Of a DNA stretch of 32,000 bases, positions 16,241-23,241 are shown one piece after another. The notes beneath the pieces are model-generated. The model was not told the origin of the DNA and ran no database searches. It saw only the letters and a list, made by a program, of their open reading frames with translations. Positions within the stretch are counted from its first letter, which is position 1; the number at the start of each line of letters is the position of its first letter. Origin of the DNA: Candidatus Saccharimonadota bacterium (GTDB taxonomy: Bacteria > Patescibacteriota > Saccharimonadia > Saccharimonadales > Saccharimonadaceae); contig JBDSDX010000001.1 of assembly GCA_039920285.1 (NCBI GenBank), positions 690,001-722,000 of the forward strand, read 5' to 3'. A program made the translations under genes and the position numbers.

Positions 16241-17275
16241 CTAGATGTTGCCTCCTGCGAGGGCGATCATGACTCCAACGAATGAACAGACAGCCGCAAT
16301 GACCCAGAAGCGCATTGTAATCTTGGTTTCAGGCCAGCCGATTGCTTCCAAGTGATGGTGCACTGGTGCCGACAAGAAAATTTTTCGTTTAAAGACTTTT
16401 TTACTAAAGATCTGGATTAGGCTAGAGCCAGCTTCGGCCACAAAGACCAAACCAATGACCGGAAGCAAGAACAATGTGTTGGTGAGCATCGCTACCACGC
16501 CCAGAGACGTCCCCAGTGCGAAGCTACCCACATCACCCATAAAGAAGCGGGCGGGATAGATATTGAACCACAGATAGCTTAGGAGTGCTCCTACGACAGT
16601 GAAACAGAAGCCGGCAATCATTGGGTTGCCCTGGAGGAGCGCAATGATTCCAAAGCTTCCAAATGCGATCGCCGCGAGTCCACCAGCTAGACCATCAAGA
16701 CCATCGCTGATATTAACGGCATTGCCAGCTGAAACAACCACAAAGGCAAAGACAGGAACAATCAACCATCCGAGGGCGAGATCACCGATAAATGGAATGT
16801 GTACAGTGTCGATACCGAGCTTGGCAAAGAAATACCAGCCAAGGAATAGTCCGATAGCGGTAATCATAAGGAACTTTAGACTTGAGCGTAGTCCAGCGAC
16901 ACCCTTCCCTGTTCCGCGAATATTTATAATGTCATCGATCAACCCAACGAGTGCTCCTCCCGCCAAAGCAGCCAGTGGCAACCAAGTTTCACGACGGTCA
17001 AGATTTAAGAATAACGTAATCACTGCAATCGCCAATACGAAAATTGCACCAGCCATTGTTGGAATGTTACGTTTAAACTTCTCAGCATGAAGCTTACTAA
17101 AGACAGTCAACGCCTCCCCTGTCGTACTAGCCGTTCGCTGACGCTTCCAGAACTTAAAGCGATACGCTATAAAGGTGTAAATCGGTGTGAGGAACATCGC
17201 AAGCAAGAATGCCAGTACGCTCAGGACAAAGACACCTGTAAGCTCGTTCGTGAGGGTTTGTAATGCTGGGTTCAT
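16241..17275 (-). CDS. mraY: phospho-N-acetylmuramoyl-pentapeptide transferase MraY
   Basis: NAVNISDGLDGLAGG, FMGDVGSFALG and SAPVHHHLE are MraY signatures. Confidence 0.97.
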   Translation of the reverse strand: MNPALQTLTNELTGVFVLSVLAFLLAMFLTPIYTFIAYRFKFWKRQRTASTTGEALTVFSKLHAEKFKRNIPTMAGAIFVLAIAVITLFLNLDRRETWLPLAALAGGALVGLIDDIINIRGTGKGVAGLRSSLKFLMITAIGLFLGWYFFAKLGIDTVHIPFIGDLALGWLIVPVFAFVVVSAGNAVNISDGLDGLAGGLAAIAFGSFGIIALLQGNPMIAGFCFTVVGALLSYLWFNIYPARFFMGDVGSFALGTSLGVVAMLTNTLFLLPVIGLVFVAEAGSSLIQIFSKKVFKRKIFLSAPVHHHLEAIGWPETKITMRFWVIAAVCSFVGVMIALAGGNI

Positions 17276-17276
17276 A

Positions 17277-19019
17277 TTATCCTTTCGGTTGAATCTTTAG
17301 GTAGTCAAGCATCCAGTTGGAAATGTCGGTAAAAATCGGTAATGCATCTCGTGCACCCTGTAATTCCTGGTTCTTGCCCGATACTTGTACCATTATGACA
17401 TATTTTGGTTGATCGACGCCGCCGTAACCCAGGTAGGTTCCGACGGTTTCGTTATTACTATATTGGCCGTTGACGATAACCTGAGAAGTCCCCGTCTTAC
17501 CACCAATGTAATACCCCTGTTTATCAGCACGGCCGAATGCACTCGATCGTGCAAGGTGGGTCATTTCGCGGATTTGATCAGAGGTCGAAGAATTAACGAC
17601 GTTAGTCCGGATCGGTGTTGGTGTTGGATTAGGCTTATAGGTACCTGACGTATCTATCGTACCAGCGAGAACAGTCGGCTTGTAATAACTTCCTCCGTTT
17701 ACAATGGCGCTAAACCCACTGGCAACCTGAATCATAGTTGCATCGAGTCCTTGTCCAAAGGCCATATTTGAATAGCGAACGGCGTTACCGTCAGCTTCAT
17801 CAGGAGAGATCACAATCCCCTTCGCCTCATTTGCCAACTCAACCCCCGTCTTCTCACCAAGACCGAGTCGATCGTGGAAATATTCGTACATTGTTTGGCG
17901 CGCCTTTAGAGTGATTTCTTTGCCATCACCGAGACGCTCAGCAACCGTGACAAACCCCGTATTCAGTGACCAAGTCAGCGCAGTTTGGAAGGTAATAATA
18001 CCCGTGTGACCCAATGTTGCATTCGTAATAGTACGGTCATCAACCTTAATAAAGTCAGTGTTGTTGTAGGTATCAGTTGCCTTCACCACACCCTTATCGA
18101 TCCCTGTCGCCATGGTGAACGTCTTCACATCAGATCCGGGTTCGTATGGAGCTGAAATTGTCGCATTATTAAATGCGGCCGGATCTTCTACCTTGTTGTA
18201 CTCACCTGGGTTATACGTTGGTAAGTTTGCCATCGCAAGGATTTTCCCTGTTTGCGGATCCATCACAATCGCACTGGCAGCCTTTGCGCCAGTTCGTTCC
18301 AGCGCCGCAGCCAGCGCTTGTTCAGTGTGAGATTGGACATTACGATCGATACTTAACACGACATTGTCACCATCAATTTTTGGAATGTTAATATTGCCTG
18401 TTCCAATAGTGAGCGGGACGTTACTGACGTCTTTAACTGTCTTCAAAAGACCATCTTTACCTTTGAGGCGATCATCTAACCCGCTTTCGATTCCATAGTT
18501 GCCTTTACCCTCGGTATTCACGAAGCCGAGGATTTGCGCACCGAGTTGACCCTCTGGATAAACGCGCTGACTTACTTCCTGAAACCCAATACCATGGAGC
18601 TCTGCTGCTTTGATCTTGTCGGCCTGTACACGAGTGACTTTAGTCGCAATAATCTGGTAACGTGAGTCTGTTTTATCGAGTAGTTTATCAAAATCTGTTC
18701 GAACATTACCACCGGCAACTTCTTTCAGTGTCGAGACGATCTTAGCCTTATCGTCGACCACCACAGGGTCGGCAAACACGGTATAGACCGTCTCATTTAA
18801 TACCAGCTGTACTGGTTGAGATCCATTCATGGCATAAATAAGCCCACGACTCGCTGGTAATTTGAACTGCGCCTGTTGTTCTTCATTCGCGAGTCCGACG
18901 TAATAATCGTGCTGAATGACCTGCAAATAAAAGAGGCGGACAACAAAAACAGCCATGACTATAAAGATCACGGCTGCAAGTATGCGTGAGCGACTCCCTT
19001 TTAACAGTTCGAATTTCAT
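17277..19019 (-). CDS. ftsI: class B penicillin-binding protein (FtsI/PBP2-type transpeptidase)
   Basis: N-terminal TM anchor. Transpeptidase motifs SDVK (SxxK), SLN (SxN) and KTGT (KTG). Confidence 0.93.
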   Translation of the reverse strand: MKFELLKGSRSRILAAVIFIVMAVFVVRLFYLQVIQHDYYVGLANEEQQAQFKLPASRGLIYAMNGSQPVQLVLNETVYTVFADPVVVDDKAKIVSTLKEVAGGNVRTDFDKLLDKTDSRYQIIATKVTRVQADKIKAAELHGIGFQEVSQRVYPEGQLGAQILGFVNTEGKGNYGIESGLDDRLKGKDGLLKTVKDVSNVPLTIGTGNINIPKIDGDNVVLSIDRNVQSHTEQALAAALERTGAKAASAIVMDPQTGKILAMANLPTYNPGEYNKVEDPAAFNNATISAPYEPGSDVKTFTMATGIDKGVVKATDTYNNTDFIKVDDRTITNATLGHTGIITFQTALTWSLNTGFVTVAERLGDGKEITLKARQTMYEYFHDRLGLGEKTGVELANEAKGIVISPDEADGNAVRYSNMAFGQGLDATMIQVASGFSAIVNGGSYYKPTVLAGTIDTSGTYKPNPTPTPIRTNVVNSSTSDQIREMTHLARSSAFGRADKQGYYIGGKTGTSQVIVNGQYSNNETVGTYLGYGGVDQPKYVIMVQVSGKNQELQGARDALPIFTDISNWMLDYLKIQPKG

Positions 19020-19032
19020 AAAAAGATAGTTT

Positions 19033-19383
19033 CTATTGGTTGACGTATTGTGTGCTACTTGCAGTGGTCATTTCACGAGCGACGCTTGAGTTCTTGACAG
19101 TTTCAAGAGCAGTTAAACGAGCATTCTCGATCTGAAGATCACTTTTTTGGTCATTGAGATCAGCGATTTGACTGTCGATCTTCTGTGATTCGTAATCATA
19201 ACTGGTTGCACGAGTTGCTTGGGTCAAATAAATGAGCCCGAGGACGGTAATCATCAATGCCACTAACACGGTATGTGCCACGGGACCAAGTTTGATTGCC
19301 GACTTAAAACGTGTCGTATTTTGATTACGAGACCAGTTCTGTTGGCGACGAGACGCGATATAAGTACTAGATTGATATGACAT
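19033..19383 (-). CDS. ftsL: FtsL/DivIC-like bitopic cell-division protein
   Basis: Single TM segment (VAHTVLVALMITVLGLIYL) followed by a coiled coil (IADLNDQKSDLQIENARLTALE). It sits between rsmH and ftsI. Confidence 0.7.
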   Translation of the reverse strand: MSYQSSTYIASRRQQNWSRNQNTTRFKSAIKLGPVAHTVLVALMITVLGLIYLTQATRATSYDYESQKIDSQIADLNDQKSDLQIENARLTALETVKNSSVAREMTTASSTQYVNQ

Positions 19384-19562
19384 GTGGTGTTTTTATTTGC
19401 TGTTTATATTTGGTTTTTTGGTGCCTCTACCCCAGGCCGTAACCCAGGGTAAAGACTAATTCATGGTTGTTACTTAACGCGAACAGCAACGATTTGTGGC
19501 TGATCCGAGTACTGAACCGTAATGTGAATTGGCATGGTGTTTTGCCCCTTCCCTTTTTTGTT

Positions 19563-20456
19563 TTATTTTTTCACTGCGACGCGAAGCTTTGCACTCCTCG
19601 AACGCGGATTGTGAACATCATCGGTGGCTCCTGATACAGGCTTCTTCGTGACTGGTTCGATTTCGGCCTCAAGGCCATTATCGAATTGATCTTTGAAAAA
19701 GCGTTTGACGAGACGGTCCTCAAGACTATGGAAGCTAATGACTGCAACTCTTCCTCCTTTTTTCAATAGTGGAATAAGTGTTGGCAGCACCAACTTGATT
19801 TGTCCAAGTTCGTCGTTGACAGCAATGCGGAGCGATTGAAAAGTACGCGTGGCGGGATGGATTTTTTGCCATCTCCCACGATGGTTTTCAGCTATCAGCT
19901 TGGCGAGTATTTCTGTACTTTCAAATGGTCGGTTATTGACGATTAAATCGGCAATGTGACGCGCGTTTCCGATTGGCTCTTCGCCGTATTCTCGGATAAT
20001 CGTCGTCAACTCTCGGGCAGAGGCGCTATTTATAAGATCTGCAGCAGTTTTTTCCTGCCGACGATCCATGCGCATGTCCAGTGGACCACTATGTGTAAAA
20101 GAAAACCCTCGTTCGCCCTGATCGAGCTGTGGTGACGACACCCCCAGATCAATCAAAATAAGGTCAAACTGTTCCCCTTCTTCGATAAGCTGCAATGCAG
20201 CAGACACGAAATCGGTGTGCAGTAACCGAACGCCTTTATCACCGTAGTCCGACAAATGCTCAATCGCATAGTCATCACGGTCAACCAGAACGCTCTCCTT
20301 ATAATTTTCCGTGCGCCTTAATACTTCGCCCGCGTGACCGCCATAACCCGCCGTTAGATCGAGATAATTCTCGCCTTTGTTCGGGTTGAGCAGTTCAAGC
20401 GTACGATCAAGTAGCACAGGAACATGATGTGGTGGATGTTCAATACTCATCGCCAC
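19563..20456 (-). CDS. rsmH: 16S rRNA (cytosine1402-N4)-methyltransferase RsmH/MraW
   Basis: HVPVLL, DLTAGYGGHA, DLGVSSPQLD and ISFHSLEDRLVK. The track start is GTG 20456. ATG 20450 lies 8 nt after a TATACT box and may be the real, leaderless start. Confidence 0.95.
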   Translation of the reverse strand: MAMSIEHPPHHVPVLLDRTLELLNPNKGENYLDLTAGYGGHAGEVLRRTENYKESVLVDRDDYAIEHLSDYGDKGVRLLHTDFVSAALQLIEEGEQFDLILIDLGVSSPQLDQGERGFSFTHSGPLDMRMDRRQEKTAADLINSASARELTTIIREYGEEPIGNARHIADLIVNNRPFESTEILAKLIAENHRGRWQKIHPATRTFQSLRIAVNDELGQIKLVLPTLIPLLKKGGRVAVISFHSLEDRLVKRFFKDQFDNGLEAEIEPVTKKPVSGATDDVHNPRSRSAKLRVAVKK

Positions 20457-20755
20457 TCAGTATACACTGACTGGCTGTCGAGATCACCTAACTGATAGTG
20501 AAGCTGTTTGTTTTCGCAAGGTATGTTTGTTTTAAAAAGTCAGATGTAGCGATTGGGGGTTACTAAAAGCAACTCATACCCTAGCTACAACTTGTTGAGA
20601 GACTTATGTGAGGTGGAGTTTTGGGAGGTGTGTTTTTTGTGAGGAAGGTACGCTCAGTTGTTTAATGTGTCCTGAGATTCCACGCCTCACTACCAGATAG
20701 TTGATCTCGAGAGTGTTTCTATGTTTATTTGTTAAAGAACCGACAGAAAAATAAC

Positions 20756-21127
20756 TTACTTTTCGGGAACCATCAGTCGCCAGTAGGCACCGGCCCGGAC
20801 AGCAATGACGTCACGATCAATTCCAGCAAACTCTAAAAGATGCTGTTCAATCGTAATCCGCCCTTGTTTTTGGTCAAGGTCGGCTTCAGTTTTACCACGT
20901 CGAAATTGCACGTTCGTGTCAGCAATCTTCTCATCGAGAATACTGCCAGCGCCACTGAGTGCTGGTTCGACTTCCCTTTCCCAAATAGATTTTGGGTAGA
21001 GGTGAAGGTATTGGCCAAAGCCACGGGTAAGGACCACGCCTGAGAGAAATTCTTCGCGGAGTTCTGCGGGTATCGTCAAACGACGTTTATCGTCGAGTCT
21101 CCGTTCAAAATAATCTACACTAGCCAC
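20756..21127 (-). CDS. mraZ: transcriptional regulator MraZ
   Basis: Two SpoVT/AbrB-type halves carry the DxxxR motifs (LDDKRRLTIP, LDQKQGRITI). GTG start with AAGGGGA upstream. Confidence 0.9.
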   Translation of the reverse strand: MASVDYFERRLDDKRRLTIPAELREEFLSGVVLTRGFGQYLHLYPKSIWEREVEPALSGAGSILDEKIADTNVQFRRGKTEADLDQKQGRITIEQHLLEFAGIDRDVIAVRAGAYWRLMVPEK

Positions 21128-21222
21128 TTGGTTTACTTCCCCTTCGGGTTTACCGATAGTTTTGTAAGGTTATTTTTTTAATGTGTTGTTTGTCTTAGTG
21201 GGCTCTTTTTTCCACTGGCCTA

Positions 21223-21256
21223 ATCATACTACCCACAAATACCCACTACAACCCCC
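21223..21256 (-). promoter_or_regulatory. mraZ promoter (TTGTAG-17 bp-TATGAT) overlapping three phased GTGGG-type MraZ boxes
   Basis: On the - strand: GGGGG (21256-21252), GTGGG (21246-21242) and GTGGG (21236-21232), exactly 10 bp apart. The -35 is at 21251-21246 and the -10 at 21228-21223. Confidence 0.55.
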
Positions 21257-21287
21257 AATTTTGACAATATCTCAAAAGTCTGTCACT

Positions 21288-21296
21288 TTATCCACA
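21288..21296 (+). promoter_or_regulatory. perfect DnaA box (TTATCCACA)
   Basis: Exact 9-mer consensus about 37 bp upstream of the mraZ -35 element. Confidence 0.4.
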
Positions 21297-21338
21297 GAAC
21301 TGCGGATAACTATAAGCATCATCGGGGGTACAAATAAC

Positions 21339-21371
21339 ATACGACGCCTCGTAGAAAGCGTCGTATTTTTT
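21339..21371. terminator. hairpin terminator, probably bidirectional
   Basis: ATACGACGC (21339-21347) pairs with GCGTCGTAT (21358-21366). TTTTT follows on +, and GTTATTTGT follows on the - strand after an A-run. It lies just downstream of the interrupted ORF 21699-21391. Confidence 0.55.
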
Positions 21372-21390
21372 ACTGTTATGCACGAAGATG

Positions 21391-21699
21391 TTAGGCTTCG
21401 GGACTCGGTGTGTGTGGCGGGTATGGAATACCACTATGGCTATTCACATTCGATGGACCAAGTTTATGGTCTTCTGGTTGATGGTTTGGGTCAGGCAATG
21501 TCGAAGGCACTCCCTCAGGTCGGCTTTCGTTGATTCCTTGAGCTATCTGAGCCGCACGAGCATCTTCCATTTGACGTGTTTGTTCTTGCTGGGCTTGAAG
21601 CGTCTGTGCGCTTTCAGCGAGGCCTGCTGCGATATGAGCAGGAACTTAAACGATTGTTGCTTTTGATTCTGGAACTGGTGTTTGTGTTTCAAATGTCAT
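21391..21699 (-). pseudogene. promoter-proximal ORF interrupted by one in-frame TAA (103 codon positions including the internal and terminal stops)
   Basis: ATG 21699 sits 7 nt after the -10 box. Translation gives MTFETQTPVPESKATIV, then TAA (21648-21646). The same frame stays open for 84 more codons (VPAHIAAGLAESAQTLQAQQ...PPHTPSPEA) to TAA 21393-21391. The frame was checked codon by codon. Confidence 0.4.
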
Positions 21700-21705
21700 G
21701 GAAAT

Positions 21706-21734
21706 ATAATAGCATACTACTTATGCTTTGTCAA
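21706..21734 (-). promoter_or_regulatory. promoter (TTGACA-17 bp-TATTAT) positioned for a leaderless transcript
   Basis: On the - strand: TTGACA at 21734-21729, a 17-bp spacer, TATTAT at 21711-21706. The ATG lies at 21699. Confidence 0.55.
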
Positions 21735-21738
21735 TTAC
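21720..21738. repeat. 19-nt direct repeat copy 1 (CTTATGCTTTGTCAATTAC)
   Basis: Identical to 21962-21980. It carries the TTGACA -35 element on the - strand. Confidence 0.75.
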
Positions 21739-21745
21739 TTCCCTG

Positions 21746-21940
21746 TTAACGAGTAAACAAAAAATCAAAAACTTGTTGATCATACTGGGTTGTGAAGCGC
21801 AGAATTAACCAAAAAACAAATACCATCACGTTAATGATAAGAGAAACGATAAGTACCGCGTTCTTCGCATCATTAAAAGTTGTTGGTACATGTGAGGCTG
21901 AAGTAATTTTTTTCGCAGATGTTTTTTTCTTCGTAGGCAT
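21746..21940 (-). CDS. small single-TM membrane protein (64 aa)
   Basis: Basic N-terminus (MPTKKKTSAKK), then TM segment AVLIVSLIINVMVFVFWLIL. Weak SD (GTGAAGG). Confidence 0.5.
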   Translation of the reverse strand: MPTKKKTSAKKITSASHVPTTFNDAKNAVLIVSLIINVMVFVFWLILRFTTQYDQQVFDFLFTR

Positions 21941-21961
21941 GCCTTCACTGTACCTTTAGCG

Positions 21962-21980
21962 CTTATGCTTTGTCAATTAC
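21962..21980. repeat. 19-nt direct repeat copy 2
   Basis: Identical to 21720-21738. It overlaps the stop codon of the GH1 gene. Confidence 0.75.
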
Positions 21981-23236
21981 AGACCGCGAAGCTTTTTAAT
22001 AACCCTTCCGAACCAGAGTGCACTGGGACGAAGTGTTCGTTTTTGTGTCTTGTAATCAATTGCAGCCAGACCAAAACGGGGCCACTTTCCATACGACCAC
22101 TCGAAGTTATCGGTCAATGACCAATGTAAATAGCCTTGAACTTCAACGCCTTTTTTCATAGCTGCTTGCATTGCGACGATCGTATCTTTAATCCAATCTT
22201 GACGGAAAACGTCTTCTCCGTCGGCAACACCGTTCTCGGTAATAAGAATCGGCTTCTTGTATTTTTCATAGAGCCGTTCGAGGACCAATTCAATATCTCC
22301 AGGTGCCATCACCCAATCAAGATCGTTTCGCGGCGTTTCAGGGTTGTGAATCCGATACCCATAGACACGCATCGATTGATAATAATTTAATCCAATAAAA
22401 TCACAGTTCTTAATGACTCGTTTGAGGATATAGTCATCTTCCATGTACTGAAAAATGTTGGCTGTGAGGCGACTAATCCAGGCATTATCGCCTGCGTACA
22501 CATAGAGGGAATGCTTGGCAAGCGACACTTTGTAGCGTCGTCCCATTTTGTGAATGAGTTTAGCGGCGCGGTTGTGTGCAGTAATAAGATTATTAGTTAC
22601 TCGCCAGGTTCGATAGAGGCTACGCTCAGCCGGTGGCCACATCTGAGCATAGTAACTAATTGATGAATACACTTCCGGTTCGTTGATCGTAATAATACGA
22701 CTTAGTTCAGAACTCAGTTCGTGCATCATTTTTTCAACATATCGTGTGAAGTATTTCACGTTTGACCGTTTCGTGAAGCCACCTTTTTCAGCAAACCAAA
22801 CCGGCAAACTGAAATGCAGTAATGTCACCACCGGTTCAATATCGCGACGTTTCAGCTCTCTGATATAGGCTTTGTAATGTGCAATCGCCTCGGCGTCCCA
22901 CACTCCTTCTTCCGGTTCAATGCGTGACCATTCGATACTGAATCGATAGGCGTTCATGTTCATTTTTTCGAGAAGGTCAAAATCTTCTTTGTAGCGATTG
23001 CGGTGATCAGTCGCGATACCAGAGACATAGTTGTTCGGGTTCTTGGCATGATCCTTAATACGCTCCCAGCTTGCGAAGTCGCTAATATGGTAATCGGCCT
23101 GTGCCGCCAGCGAACGAGCATTCTCGAGCTCCCAAACAGTCCATTGGTTATGAAGATCACCTTCGACTTGATGCGCGGCTGATGCTGCGCCCCAGAGGAA
23201 ATGTTTTGGAAAACCAGAATGTGTCCGCGTCGTCAT
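21977..23236 (-). CDS. glycoside hydrolase family 1 beta-glucosidase
   Basis: FLWGAASAAHQVEG, the acid/base motif ITINEPEVY (NEP) and the nucleophile motif ILITENGVAD (ENG). Confidence 0.93.
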   Translation of the reverse strand: MTTRTHSGFPKHFLWGAASAAHQVEGDLHNQWTVWELENARSLAAQADYHISDFASWERIKDHAKNPNNYVSGIATDHRNRYKEDFDLLEKMNMNAYRFSIEWSRIEPEEGVWDAEAIAHYKAYIRELKRRDIEPVVTLLHFSLPVWFAEKGGFTKRSNVKYFTRYVEKMMHELSSELSRIITINEPEVYSSISYYAQMWPPAERSLYRTWRVTNNLITAHNRAAKLIHKMGRRYKVSLAKHSLYVYAGDNAWISRLTANIFQYMEDDYILKRVIKNCDFIGLNYYQSMRVYGYRIHNPETPRNDLDWVMAPGDIELVLERLYEKYKKPILITENGVADGEDVFRQDWIKDTIVAMQAAMKKGVEVQGYLHWSLTDNFEWSYGKWPRFGLAAIDYKTQKRTLRPSALWFGRVIKKLRGL

Positions 23237-23241
23237 ACTTT

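Noticed and set aside
20457-20755. Possible ncRNA or small ORF in the 299-bp mraZ-rsmH spacer (GTGAGG...CCTCAC inverted repeat, GAGGTG repeats).
   Set aside because: Only weak, imperfect hairpins are present. There is no promoter and terminator pair and no ORF with start signals. It is reported only as an unusually long spacer within the dcw finding.
21183-21666. Plus-strand ORFs 21183-21533 and 21388-21666.
   Set aside because: They span the mraZ promoter/operator and a terminator hairpin and have no start signals. The minus-strand frame with a promoter at 21734-21706 explains the open frames better.
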